42,651 bases of DNA. Source: Neophaeotheca triangularis (lineage: Eukaryota). Below the pieces are notes generated by a model, which ran no database searches, had not been told where the DNA came from, and saw only the letters and a program-made list of their open reading frames with translations. The translations under genes were made by a program, and so were the position numbers. Position 1 is the stretch's first letter. Each line of letters opens with the position of its first letter. This document shows positions 1 through 11,325 of this stretch, in pieces. The DNA lies in the NCBI GenBank assembly GCA_054600435.1, contig BAAIJX010000011.1, positions 558,001 through 600,651 on the forward strand. The letters are read 5' to 3'.

Positions 1-188
1 GCCAGGCGTTACGCAGCACCCTCTCTTTTTGCGCGAAACAGAGAAAACAAGAAGACTTACCTCTGCACACAACGGAAAGACTAACGAGAGTCAACTTACT
101 CTTGCGCACTGGAAAATAGTTTCGCGGCTATGCTATCAAAACGCGACGCTCATAAACTTTCCGCTGGCTTTATACAAAAGGCTACCTC

Positions 189-1925
189 TCAACCCGACTT
201 CTCCCAGGGCAGCGAGAAGGTTCCAACCCAGTCCTCGACCTCCCTTCTCAACTCGATGATCTCGGAAATCTCTTCACCCTCCTGCACGTACTCCCTGAAC
301 GCGTTGACACTGGCTGGGTTCTTCCTCCCTGCCTTCTCCGCTACCTCTGTGGCCTTGGTGTCCAGCATCTTGGTGATGTTGACCGCGCGGTGTACAATGT
401 CTCCAACCCGGCTGAAGTCTGCCGGCTGGAATCCTCGCGTGGTCATGGCGGGGGTACCGATTCTGATTCCTCCAGGCTTCATTGCGCTCTTGTCTCCGGG
501 AACAGTGTTCTTGTTGGCCGCAATGCCTACCAGCTCGAGCACACGCTCAACACGGGCACCATCAATGTTCTTGGACTTCAAATCGACCAGAACAAGATGG
601 TTGTCCGTGCCGCCACTCACGATGTTGTACTCGTATCCGCCGTTCTCCTTGCTGTCACCCAACCTCGCGGCGAGAGCCTGGGCGTTTTCCAGCACGGTCT
701 TCTGGTACTCCTTGAATTCAGGTTGCTGAGCTTGGTGGAGTGCCACCGCCAGTGCGGTAATGGTGTGGTTGTGAGGGCCTCCTTGGTGACCCGGGAACAC
801 AGAGGAGTTGATGGGATTCTCAAGGTTGTAGACCTCCTCAACCTTGGTCTTGGGATCGATCTTTCTGGTGCCCTTGCGGAAAAAGATCATAGCACCCCGA
901 GGCCCTCTCAAGCTCTTGTGGGTTGTAGTAGTAACGATGTCCGCGTGCTCAAAGGGCGAAGGGGTCACGCCACCAGCCACAAGACCGGAGATATGGGCCA
1001 TGTCTGCGAGCAGATAGCAGTTCCCGACCTTGTCCACAATCTTCCTGAACCTCTCGTAATCGATTACCCGCGAGTATGCGCTAGTTCCAGCAATGATGAT
1101 CTTTGGCCGGTACAGCATCGCCAGCTCCTCAAGCTTGTCGTAGTCGATGAGACCAGTCTTCTCGTCCAGTCGGTAGGGCAAGGTTTCGAAGTATTTAGAG
1201 ATGGCGGAGATTTTCTTGGTAGGTGTTTGGTAGCCGTGGGACAAATGCCCGCCGTGTGGGAGGTCAAGACCCATGATACGGTCGTGCGTGTTTAGCACAG
1301 CTGAGAAGGCGTAGAGGTTCGCGGGGGAGCCGGACAGCGCTGGTCTACTGTCAGCCTATGCTTCATACCTATCCTGCAAGCACGACTTACGCTGGACGTT
1401 GACACCCCATTTGGCCGGGTCTGCCCCGAATGTCTGCAACGCTCTTGTCTGGCACAGTCTCTCGGCTTCGTCGATGTGCTCGTTGCCACCGTAGTATCTG
1501 GCACCGGGGTATCCTTCAGAGTACTTGTTCTGCATAACGCTTCCTAGCGCATCCAATACAGACTGGCTTGTGAAGTTCTCGGACGGAATAAGGTTGATGA
1601 AGTGCTTTTGTCTCCGTTTTTCCTGTCGCCATTGTTAGAACAGGCTGTTTCTTGAGCAGTGCCAGGATTCGTATCGTACCTTGCGGATGATCTCGAAGAC
1701 GGTAGGGTCGGCCTCCTCGAGGTTCGCAGAGAGGAGCTATAGCATCTGTCAGTATCATGCCACCCTCAATGGCGCTGGCGGGTCACCAACCTTGTGCTGC
1801 CCTTCGGTCGACATGGCTCGCCATGCTGTCGCCCTCAATGGCTGGCAGCGCTCGACCAGCGGCCTTGTGCATGCGCGATACATGCCGGCGCTGGCGCCCC
1901 TGGCGGAAGCTCTCAGAGACGACAT
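189..1925 (-). CDS. SHM1: Serine hydroxymethyltransferase, mitochondrial type. 4 exons: 1925-1791, 1736-1680, 1622-1391, 1339-189
   Basis: Spliced translation gives [39 protein letters not shown], the PLP-lysine motif [13 protein letters not shown] and [11 protein letters not shown]. Introns are GT..CTRAC..YAG. The N-terminus [23 protein letters not shown] is Arg-rich and presequence-like. Confidence 0.95.
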
Positions 1926-2392
1926 GATTGCGGTAGAGGTAGCAGAGGTGGGTTGTGTCACTCTGAGGCTCGCAGCAATAATTAAGTCGTCTCGAAAAGC
2001 TGCCCGGCTTTGGAGACGACGCGGGGTGGAAGTTGGAACGCGCGATGACTTCGGCAAAGACTTCCAACTCGGGCAACTATTCCCAGTCATACAAAAGGCA
2101 CTTTACTACTTGTAGGCCTCAAACGCCCGTTTGACCGTTTGACCGACCCAATTGTCGTTACTTGTACAGTACGGAGGTATGAAATGTTCAATCGCCGTCG
2201 AGCACGCGAAAGAACCACTTTCTCCATGGACTGAAGCCAATGATAGGCAACTAGACACGACTGGGTAGAAGGCGCATCTGATAGCCGTCTAGTCTATTTA
2301 TATGTGTAGGGGTCTTGATATCTGTCTAAAGCTCCCACCTCCACCCTCTTTACAGACCTCTTTCGTCAGTTTTCGCAAACCCAGCGTACCTC

Positions 2393-3094
2393 TTATAGCT
2401 TCCCGTTCATATCTGAATCAACCTCCAATTCCGTCGAAGTGGGTCCGTAACCGCCTGCCACCGCCACATCCTTTGTCTGGTGCAGAAAGCAGTCATCGGT
2501 GTTGACAGTCTCGGGGTCGAAAACGAACTCTCTGCACTCGGCGTTCAACCACATGTGCGTGCTGGAACCGGCCTTGGTACGCGTGATCTGCCTCAGAATG
2601 TCTCCGTGGGCCACGAGCACAATGTTCTGCTCAGGTTTCTCGCGGAGCCACTGACGAACCCAGCGAGCCCGCTTATTCAGAGAGACAGGGTCGGCCGCCC
2701 AGAAGCCTTCCTTGCTGGTCCAGTCTGAGGGGAGCTTGGATAGGTCGAAAACTGAGAATTCGGAGTTGGCCTCGAGGACTTCTTTGGGCGAGCCGGTGTC
2801 GCACGGGAAGTCGTTGCACTCCTGCGCTTCGGGGAGAAGAGCAACCTTCTTGAGTCCGCCCAAGCGCTCGACAGCATCACCCCAGCCTAGCTTTGTGGTC
2901 TGCAGAGTACGCATGAGTGGCGACGAGGCAACGAGGTCGATCTTATCCGAGAGGTGGGCGACACGGGGAGCCAAAGCCGTGGCTTGTTTCTTTCCCAATG
3001 GTGTGAGAGGTGCATCGGGTATGCTGTAGTCCAAATCGACGTTGTGCTCAGCCTGGGCATGGCGAGTGAGGAAGATCTTGGAGTTGGGGGCCAT
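2393..3094 (-). CDS. Histidine phosphatase / phosphoglycerate mutase-like protein
   Basis: 233-aa ORF with IFLTRHAQAEHN (RHG-type phosphohistidine motif), DAPLTPLG, SSPLMRTLQT and a second His in IVLVAHG. Confidence 0.9.
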   Translation of the reverse strand: MAPNSKIFLTRHAQAEHNVDLDYSIPDAPLTPLGKKQATALAPRVAHLSDKIDLVASSPLMRTLQTTKLGWGDAVERLGGLKKVALLPEAQECNDFPCDTGSPKEVLEANSEFSVFDLSKLPSDWTSKEGFWAADPVSLNKRARWVRQWLREKPEQNIVLVAHGDILRQITRTKAGSSTHMWLNAECREFVFDPETVNTDDCFLHQTKDVAVAGGYGPTSTELEVDSDMNGKL

Positions 3095-3872
3095 GGTTGT
3101 GAAGTCGGTTGGAAGATTTGGTGATTATTTAGATCTTCTTGGTCCTTTCTGTGAAGATCAAAGTCTCGGTCTATTCAGGTATTGTCAAGTACTAGCTGGT
3201 TGGGGAGAGACGTGGCAAAGTGAGAGAGATTTGGCTATGAGTAAGAAAGAAGATATAAATGCATGGCAGTATCTCACCCACGGAGGAAGTTTTCTCAACC
3301 GTCGGCTTTAAGCTGGGCCACTAAGGAAGGCGATAATAGAACGTGTTCGCTGTTGCAGTACACCAAGCGCATCATGTCAACAACTCCTACCTCCGGCCTC
3401 TGTACATGTTTAGTTTTGCATCGCCATGAGCTGATCAGAGAGACCCCCCGGCCTGTTCTTGTATAATTCGAACATGTGGTGGGTGCGCTCGGTGGGCAGC
3501 AGAGTTGAGGCTTCGCCTTCAAATGCCGATGGCTTTCTCGGCGTTCGACTTCAGAGGAGCGTGAGTCTCTGGAGATCGCTCGGGCAAACACCTGGGCAGA
3601 GGACTCGCCGGGTGGGAATGCTGGGAACGCTGTAGACCGAGACACCTGAAAACAATGAATCGAGGATTCTCAGGTACACACACCCTCACATCTATCTATA
3701 GCTATGGTTACAGTCCTCCGCCGGAAGCAAGCCACCGCTCTGAAGCGACGTCGCTGAATTCCCCATGCTTTTGTTGTTCAGAACCACGGGACCGAAATGG
3801 AGCTATCCCAGCAAAGACGCCACGCTATGCAACCGACCACCCATACAATGCCATGCCCCCCCCATGCTTGCC

Positions 3873-6800
3873 CTACTCAGTCGCCTCTCCCACACCCACA
3901 TCGCCGCCAGATTCAATCCTCCATCCTTCCCTAATGCGCTCGTCCTTGACGAACTCTTTGGTCGGGAAGTAATGCTCGTTCTTCTTCATGGTAGCGACCC
4001 ACGGCACATTGTCGAAAGTCATGACCTTGAGCCTGAAGTACGTGTTGTCGGGGATCTTGTTGGTCTCACGCACAAACGCTTCCAGATCCTGAGTAGGCAC
4101 GCCGTTCACGGCGGTGATGAAGTTGGTAGGGGCTAGGCCGTACATGTATGAAGGGGAACCGTGTGAGCGGGCTGACACGTAGATGTCCGAATGCAGCTTC
4201 GAGATCTGTTGGCGAACGGCGTGGTGCGGGCGATGCAAGATGGCACCACAGAAAATGACCACGCGATCGGTCTCGAGCTCCTTTGTGGGCACGGTAGGCA
4301 CGTCGAGCTCAATCTCCTCACGGCCGCGAATGACCCTGGCGCGCAGCTTCTCTTGCGAGTACATGATGTCCAGATCCGAGACGAGGGTGATGAGTTGGTC
4401 ATTAAGCGTGAGCAAGATGTCACTCTCCTTGAGTCCACCAATGTGACCTGCGTCAATCTTGCGGACCATGAAAAGCTGGTGGCGCTCCGGGTTCTCGCGC
4501 TCCACCCGCTCAATCCACTCTTCAGAGGCGCCCATGATACGAGCCTGCGCCATCTGCACTGTCTGCATCTCGAGGTTCAGTATGCGCAGGTTGGGCAGGG
4601 AACCGTTTTTGATCTCGTCGATGACGGGGAGGAGAGCGGGTGTGGCGAATCCGAGGTGGTATTCAATGTCCTTAGCAGTGCTGTGGCCAGTCCGCTCACC
4701 GAGATATGTCATCCACAGGGCCTCTACCGTGCCGTCTTCGGCAACTAGTACACCAGATCCACACTGGCTTGATAAAGACGAATCTACCGTGATCGCCTCA
4801 ACGTTTACCGCCCTATACCTAGGGGTCGCCGCGCTCGCTGGAATGGCTACAGTTGTGATGTCAGTAACAACAGTCTTCGCTACCACTGGACGGAGGTTGC
4901 TGTTGAATCCGAAAAAAATCACCTCCTCCCCCTGCTTAATTGGCTTCGTAGCCAGTTTGGCAGATTTTACCGGAGCCTGGACAAGCTTGGGGTCGTACTG
5001 AATGATCGCATAGTTCTGCAACGGGTGCATGAACACAATCTTGCCATCTACGATGATTGAGTCGGCAATGGTGACACTGATGTCGACCATATCGTACGGG
5101 ACGATTGCTCTGCTGACAACTACAAGACCCTTCTCGGCGTCGATGACCAAGCCAAAGCCGACCTTTCGTGACTTGGGGAAGCCGTCCAGTTTGAGCGGCA
5201 TTGTTGCACCGATGCGCACGAACGAGCGGATCACATCCACGGCTGCCGGGTGCTTGGCTCCCTCCAGCTTGACGAAGTTTGCTCTTCTTGGAACAGGCGA
5301 CTCCGGAGGGACAGGGCCTGCCAAATCGGTGAAGTCCCAAAGCCCTGTCACATCGTTGCGGACAGCCATACGCATGTGCTTGTTCCAATGCCTATCGACC
5401 AGTAGAACAGACGTGTTGGCCGTATGCATGTCTCGAAGATGTTTGTACACGCAAACCACTCTTGCACGGTCCGGTATTTGCTTCATGACCTCGATGAAAG
5501 TGTCAAGATTAGGAGTCGGCTTGTTGTCGATCGATTGCACAAGCCATCCATAGTCTGAGCCTTCAAACCTGAACGATCCGGACGCCTCGCAACAGTAGAC
5601 ACCCGCGTTCTTGAGAGACACTGCGTAAAGGCGTGCTTGTTGGTAGGATAGCTCGTGGAAGCTTGCGCCGCTGAGTGAAACAAACCTGTCAGGCGTAATG
5701 GCATGGAGGTCGCCCACCGAGGTCTCAACCGCCATGTCCTTGCCACCCCTCTGTATCAAAAGCTGGACCTTGCCTCCTACGCTGGAGTCGAGAATATCGT
5801 CCAGCCTTACAAACTGAGTCAGCAGCTCGCCGTTGACTTTGACCAACACATCGCCTTCTTCCAGCTTTCCGTGCCCTGGGCCATCCGGAAGTACTACTTC
5901 GACGCATAACATTCCGGTCTCCTTTGGGAACTTTTGTCGCACTTCTGCTTCCCATTCCGGCGCAAGACCCAAACGTCTGCATTCGTCGAACGGCTTCAGA
6001 ACCCATTGCGTTTGAATGGTACCCCTGTCCACATGCTTGCCCTCCCTTATACATTGCAACGCACGCAACGGCCTGTCGAGCGGGAGGAAGTAGTCGGTAG
6101 TAGCCCCGTCACTCCTTCCACCTGCCTGAAGCGCTATAGCAAACCCGTCAATGTTCACAACCGGTGAGCCCGAGGATCCGCCCGATGCTGCGGCAGCGGC
6201 CTGGATGTAGTTGGTGTTGAAGTCACTGTAGCCCTCTCCGTATTCTGGCGCATTCCGATCGAGTCTTGAAATTACACCAGATAGAATAGAGAGCTTTTCG
6301 CCGGCATCGTTTCCCACGACGCGTATCTCAGCGCCTACTTTGGCCAGATCTGGTCGAAGCTCCAAGCTGCCCAAAGGCATGTACTTCACAGCTTTGGGGT
6401 CGAAACGCAGGATGCCGAAGTCATGGACAGGATCGCGATAGACGGGGTGGACATCTACTTCTTCGTGGTTGTCGAAAATCACGTATCCCCAGAATGGTCC
6501 AGCTCCTACCACATGTCTGTTGGTCAAGATGTAGCCTCTTTCCGCATCCACCACGAAACCCGTCGCTTCACTCGAGATGGCGGCATCGGTATCGAAAGCG
6601 CACGTCTGACAGAAGTGGATACTGACTGCGCAGCGTACGACACGCTCTATGGTTTGCTGCCATTCGGCGGTATCTGCCGTCGCGAGTCCATGGATCAGGT
6701 CTTCGGCGTCGTCTTCGTCGCCTGCTGCCGGCGACCCGTAGCCGTTCGTCGGGGTATCGTTGTTGGAGGCTACGACACCGTTGAGCGGTTGGCCATCAAG

Positions 6801-7067
6801 CTGGTGAGAAGTAGGAGCCTGGCGGATGTGCTTGTTAGGTCGCTCCGGAGAGGCTGGAGGCGCCTTGCGCTTGGCGGCCTGCTGCTGCTGCTGCTGCTGA
6901 CCGGGTTGGTCCATGGTGATGGTTGTGTGGTAGAATGCGGCGGGATAGGCTGCCTTGAAGTTATGCAGACGTGGGACTTGGTAGGCGACTGAAGAAAGGG
7001 AAGGAGCTTTACAAGCTATGCGCGGAAGTGAGGGTGCGGCAAAGCCTCGTACAAGGCAAGCGAGCAT
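3873..7067 (-). CDS. NMA111: Nma111/Ynm3 HtrA-family serine protease (duplicated protease-PDZ). Two in-frame ATGs: 7067 and 6914
   Basis: Intronless ORF with [20 protein letters not shown] (His), RDPVHDFG (Asp) and [10 protein letters not shown] (Ser), PDZ-like segments, a degenerate second protease domain and a C-terminal [19 protein letters not shown] basic NLS-like [15 protein letters not shown] follows Met 6914. Confidence 0.95.
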   Translation of the reverse strand: MLACLVRGFAAPSLPRIACKAPSLSSVAYQVPRLHNFKAAYPAAFYHTTITMDQPGQQQQQQQAAKRKAPPASPERPNKHIRQAPTSHQLDGQPLNGVVASNNDTPTNGYGSPAAGDEDDAEDLIHGLATADTAEWQQTIERVVRCAVSIHFCQTCAFDTDAAISSEATGFVVDAERGYILTNRHVVGAGPFWGYVIFDNHEEVDVHPVYRDPVHDFGILRFDPKAVKYMPLGSLELRPDLAKVGAEIRVVGNDAGEKLSILSGVISRLDRNAPEYGEGYSDFNTNYIQAAAAASGGSSGSPVVNIDGFAIALQAGGRSDGATTDYFLPLDRPLRALQCIREGKHVDRGTIQTQWVLKPFDECRRLGLAPEWEAEVRQKFPKETGMLCVEVVLPDGPGHGKLEEGDVLVKVNGELLTQFVRLDDILDSSVGGKVQLLIQRGGKDMAVETSVGDLHAITPDRFVSLSGASFHELSYQQARLYAVSLKNAGVYCCEASGSFRFEGSDYGWLVQSIDNKPTPNLDTFIEVMKQIPDRARVVCVYKHLRDMHTANTSVLLVDRHWNKHMRMAVRNDVTGLWDFTDLAGPVPPESPVPRRANFVKLEGAKHPAAVDVIRSFVRIGATMPLKLDGFPKSRKVGFGLVIDAEKGLVVVSRAIVPYDMVDISVTIADSIIVDGKIVFMHPLQNYAIIQYDPKLVQAPVKSAKLATKPIKQGEEVIFFGFNSNLRPVVAKTVVTDITTVAIPASAATPRYRAVNVEAITVDSSLSSQCGSGVLVAEDGTVEALWMTYLGERTGHSTAKDIEYHLGFATPALLPVIDEIKNGSLPNLRILNLEMQTVQMAQARIMGASEEWIERVERENPERHQLFMVRKIDAGHIGGLKESDILLTLNDQLITLVSDLDIMYSQEKLRARVIRGREEIELDVPTVPTKELETDRVVIFCGAILHRPHHAVRQQISKLHSDIYVSARSHGSPSYMYGLAPTNFITAVNGVPTQDLEAFVRETNKIPDNTYFRLKVMTFDNVPWVATMKKNEHYFPTKEFVKDERIREGWRIESGGDVGVGEATE

Positions 7068-7446
7068 TCAGGCTGCCTTGTTTTATCAGGCAGCAACAAT
7101 GAATGGCAGAGACTCAGAGAGAAACGGTAATGTGTAGAATGTGAGGATGGGATTGCGCGCGTAGTATGTACGGCATCAAGGTAGGTAGTCTCCTCATCAA
7201 ACGTTTTGTTGGTAAGAAAGCATGCACCTCATCTCAGCTTTGATGAGCCGTCGGGGGTTTTGCGCCCAAGTCCCGACGACAGCGACACATCCTCTCCTGC
7301 ACGCACTTCGATACAGTAGAGATTCCACGGCTCATCTCCCTTTCCGCCTCCATACCTCACTCATTCGTACTGCAGCTCTGAAGATCCATCGCCATCATGA
7401 GACATCATCGCGTACGAATACGTTCATGTAAGCAGCCCTGGGCAGC

Positions 7447-7971
7447 CTAATCCTCCTTCTCAGCATCAGCCTCAGCCTCAGCCTCAGCCTCAGCCTTCAC
7501 TGTCACGCCAGTGACTTCTTCGTCATCATCAGCGACGGCGGCTGGGACCTTCTTCTTGCGGCTTGCCTTGGCCTTTTTGGGAGCCGGCGTATCGTCGTCG
7601 TCGTCGTCGTCGTCGTCGGCGGCAGCGGTGCTCTTGGAACGCTATTCGTGACTGTCAGCTTGCGTTGTCAAGCAACGAGGAGTCGGGTAAATATTACATA
7701 CCTTACTTGGGGTAGGCCCAGAAGCTCCAACAACGTCAGCCTTGGCGATCTTCTTCTTCTCGCGGTCCAGCATCACCTTGACAGCTCCAAGGGTACGTCC
7801 CTCTGGAACCACAAAGTCCTTCCAGATGCCCGGACCCGCGTTGGTCACGAGCTGGAAGAGGACACCGAGCTGATCAATGTTAGTCTGAGAGTCCCGCTAT
7901 AATCATATGGTGGAATGCGTTACCTTTTCGGCGTCCGTCCATCCGCCCTTCTTCGTTGGAGTCTCCGACAT
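7447..7971 (-). CDS. Small Myb/SANT-like basic-acidic protein, paralog A (136 aa). Exons 7971-7924, 7869-7702, 7641-7447
   Basis: Spliced: MSETPTKKGGWTDAEK|LGVLFQLVTNAGPGIWKDFVVPEGRTLGAVKVMLDREKKK...PSK|RSKSTAAADDDD...KKAKASRKKK...EKED*. Both introns are phase 0 with GT donor, CTAAC/CTGAC branch and YAG acceptor. The Myb-like call (WT..E...W....GRT..A) is inference. Confidence 0.8.
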
Positions 7972-8364
7972 ATCTGCTGAATGTCTTAGTGTGGTGTGTT
8001 TGATTGTGATTGATGTGTGTAAATGGGTTGAATGAGTCGCGTACGCCGGAGACAGGAGTGTGAAAGACTCCTAGCCGTTAACCGTAGGATTGGGACTTGT
8101 GGGATGAGAAGTCAAGTGTAAGAACAGGAAGAGAAAAGGGAACAGGTACGGAGTGCAGAAGTACTTGTGAAGAACACCTCGCGGAAGTTCACTTACAAGT
8201 GATTATGGGTAGGCGGCAGGTTTCTTCACTTCTTAGCTAACACATGTGGGATGGACAAAGTGAACTCGTACGGGCGCCTGGGCCTTTTCAACTATGCTAC
8301 TTGCTAATCGTATCAGGTGGACTCGCCCGAGCCTGATGCTCCCACAGTGCGGCCGGCCGTGTTT

Positions 8365-8861
8365 CTAGATACTCTCATCCGCCGTGACCTCTGGCAAGTC
8401 GTCCTGCTCGGGGTTAGTAGTCTTTGCCTGAGCCTTCTTCTTGCGAGGAGTCTTGGCCTTTTTCTTCGAGCTGGCACCGGCACCCTCGTCATCTTCTTCG
8501 ACAGCGGAGGATCCGCGCTACAAACGAGTAGTCAGCATCGTGATTCGGACGGATATCCTGAGACTCCGTGCTTCTCTTACCTTCTTTGACGCCTTGGTAG
8601 AACCTTCACCTCCTGCAGCTTCTTTAGCCTTGCGGATCTTTGCTTTTTCCTTGTCTATCATGACTTGGACAGCCTTGAGAGTGCGCCCTTCCGGCAGATC
8701 GACTTGGTTCCACGGGATGGGTCCGCCGAGGGCAATGATCTGGAAGAGCAATCCGACCTGTGGAACTGTTAGTGTAAGGCTTTGCCGTTTTCAAGAAAGA
8801 GCTTTCGTACCTTCTCAGACTCAGTCCAGGCACCCGCCGCCTTCTTGGTAGTATCGGCCAT
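8365..8861 (-). CDS. Small Myb/SANT-like basic-acidic protein, paralog B (126 aa). Exons 8861-8811, 8757-8581, 8517-8365
   Basis: Spliced: MADTTKKAAGAWTESEK|VGLLFQIIALGGPIPWNQVDLPEGRTLKAVQVMIDKEKAK...SKK|RGSSAVEEDDEG...KKKAKTPRKKK...ESI*. Splice signals are canonical and intron positions match paralog A. Confidence 0.8.
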
Positions 8862-9341
8862 AATGGTTGTGGGCTCGCTGAGGTGTGACGAGCTGCTTGG
8901 TGACAGAGACGTTCGGCGTGAGATGTGTGGTGTGCAAAAGAACCAAGTTCGGATCGGTGCCACAAGATCGGTAGAGGAGTTAAGAGGTCGACAGGTAGCT
9001 CGAGGTATGTGTATTCATGTGCCAAGAGCTGAGTGCAAGTGAGGTCTGGCATCGTGCACAACTCAGTCTTCACCTAGGCAAACGCTACCTCACTCGCTGC
9101 CACACATGCAAGCTGGTGCCGATCAGGCAACGACTTCGACCAAGTTCTTCCTACGAGCGAATTGCTGACTTGGTCCGCCATCGGTTTCAACTTCGAGAAG
9201 ATCTACTCTTCTGCGGCGACCCTGTGTTTATTCTACTCTGCAAGCGATGCCAATGAAGTCTAGACCTTACTGAGAAAACACAACAACACCAACTCAGTCT
9301 CAGTCTCACGTCGAACGGAAACACGCGCCCACTCCACCGAC

Positions 9342-10571
9342 ATGGACTCTCAATCAGTGAAGCCCACCGAGGCTGGCATGGCTACAAAGCGCAAGGCGGA
9401 GCCCGATACTTTGGCCACTGCGGAACACACCCTGGAGAAGCGTATACGCTACGAAGAAGCCAGCAACGAGAGTGATCTTGCCCTTCTGCCTGACCGGGAT
9501 GGTGACCGTGATGGTGACCGCGCTCTACAAGAAGATGCAGCATCCGCCATCACTTCAAATATCGACGAAGCTAACGCGAGTGAGGAAGAAGACACCTTCG
9601 AAGATGCCGTAGAGGAGATTCCGACTGTTTCTGGCCCCAGCGCGACTACGCAGCTCTACCATCATGACGGGCAGAACGAGGCCGGGAGTGAGACGGACAT
9701 GACGCTCGCTGATGCCGAGAGATTCGTGCAGGTTGGTGGAGGAGAGAATGATGACGCTGAGGATGGCGAGTATGCCACCATCAATGGCGAGCGTCTTCGC
9801 TTCAATAACTCCGACCCGTCAAGCGCGGAGCATGGGAGCTCAGGTGGCTCAGGTGCGGATGATCCGATCATTGTCGACGACGATAGCGAGGATGGCTCTG
9901 GCGACTCTGATGACTCGGACGACATGTTCAAGGCCGCCTTCCGCAACGGCAAGAAAAAGACCGGGGAGGAGAGTGGTGCAAAGGCCGACTTGACTCCAGC
10001 TGAAGACTCCGATGGCGAAGACGGTAACAACAACACGAAGCCGGCCATCAAGACCAAGTCAGACAAAAAACCTCCCAAGTCCCTCAAACCGGTCACCGTC
10101 CCACAAACAGATCCCAAGCACCCTCGCGGCCCAATGCTCAAAGACATTCCCTCTCGCCTCCGAAACCATAACGCCTTCCACAAGCGCAGCGTAGCCCTCA
10201 TTCCCAGCATCTACCTCGCTCCCCACCGCTACTGGATCGGAGTGCTCAACCGCGTCACGAAGGCTGGCAAGCACGCTGCATCGCCGGAAGACTACGTGTG
10301 GATGCGCGGCAACCGGCTTATTACCACGCGTACCGTGTGGCACATGTTCAGCCAGAGGTCTGCGGAGACGGAGTTTGTGTTACTGCACGGCCCGCACGCA
10401 AGCTACGGTCAGGAGGATCTCGAGCAGATGGAGTGCCTGGACCTTTTCAACGACAAGAAGATCATGTTCAAGGCGGTCCCGGCGGGGGCTTCGGAGGCTT
10501 TGGTGGAGAGACTTGCTGCCACGCCTCCGGTCGTGCAGCAGTCGGAGGTCATTACATTGGACGATGATTAG
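9342..10571 (+). CDS. Hypothetical nuclear protein: acidic disordered N-terminus, ~120-aa globular C-terminal region, SIM-like motifs
   Basis: 409-aa ATG ORF with coding-like codon usage. NLS-like KRKAEP...KRIR; SIM-like PIIVDDDSED and terminal EVITLDDD. No family recognised. Confidence 0.75.
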   Translation: MDSQSVKPTEAGMATKRKAEPDTLATAEHTLEKRIRYEEASNESDLALLPDRDGDRDGDRALQEDAASAITSNIDEANASEEEDTFEDAVEEIPTVSGPSATTQLYHHDGQNEAGSETDMTLADAERFVQVGGGENDDAEDGEYATINGERLRFNNSDPSSAEHGSSGGSGADDPIIVDDDSEDGSGDSDDSDDMFKAAFRNGKKKTGEESGAKADLTPAEDSDGEDGNNNTKPAIKTKSDKKPPKSLKPVTVPQTDPKHPRGPMLKDIPSRLRNHNAFHKRSVALIPSIYLAPHRYWIGVLNRVTKAGKHAASPEDYVWMRGNRLITTRTVWHMFSQRSAETEFVLLHGPHASYGQEDLEQMECLDLFNDKKIMFKAVPAGASEALVERLAATPPVVQQSEVITLDDD

Positions 10572-11325
10572 AGAAGCGCGTGACGCGGCCTCTACTCGGA
10601 CAGTTTGGAGAGGTGGAGCGCATTCTGGGTTGACATCTTAAGAGCTGAGTGCTGCGTGGGTTCGAAGAGAGACGGCGAGCTGATTGGCGTTCAGCCTCAC
10701 TCGAGTGTTACTTTTTGCAACTCACGGCGATTCCAGCCGACCATCCACTGCTACGTCAGCATGCAGCCTTTCAATTGGGTTTTGCATGAAACTCACGACA
10801 GCTAGCGGAGGGCATGCTTTGTTTCATATCTACAATACTAAGTAAGCCTCGTTTCCTTGCCCTGTCAATAAATCATGTGGTCATGGGTCCTTGGTAGCGG
10901 GAATCAGTTAGCCTACCAGTCCTTGCTGCTCCAGTATCTCGCTCATAATTATGACATCTCGCCTCTGAGCAACGATTGTAAGTAATCATCGCGAGTCTGA
11001 GGACTTCCCTGTAGCTACAGGTAAGTCTCAAGGCAAGAGGGGGTAAATTTTGCCGGGGACGCTTACACTGAACCTAATGCCTTGAGCACTCCGTTCTCCC
11101 GTCGGCAGTTCTCAATTTAGGTTCTGTACGGTAGCTGCCTGGTAGAAGAGATATATGCCCCTTGCTTGATTGGGATACACAGCAATACAACGCGCAACAG
11201 CGTAGAAATTTTGCGTGAGATGATACTCGTTCCCCTTCGTAGCCTTCTCCTGAGACGGGGTCCTAGCCTTTCCGGCACTAGCTCCCAGTTTTGACCTTGA
11301 CGGTGCCTATTGTATCCAGCATTTC

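Noticed and set aside
130..1295. Long antisense ORFs over SHMT (likewise over NMA111, ATPase, SOF1, APN1)
   Set aside because: Shadow ORFs caused by GC3-biased codon usage of the real genes on the opposite strand.
3295..3645. 116-aa minus-strand ORF preceded by a TTTTCAG acceptor-like site
   Set aside because: No ATG exon or protein motif found; probably NMA111 3'UTR or promoter of the phosphatase gene.
10843..11007. RNase MRP/P-like P4 pairing on the minus strand (GAAGTCCTC ... ACGAGGCTTA)
   Set aside because: Could not build a convincing P1 or P3, a CR-IV (AnAGnnA) or a GARA(R) loop. Not called; a cmscan would settle it.
11018..11026. ACTTACCTG on the minus strand, identical to the U1 snRNA 5' end
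   Set aside because: No U1-70K or U1A loops and no Sm site at the right distance. It is simply the complement of a consensus splice donor.
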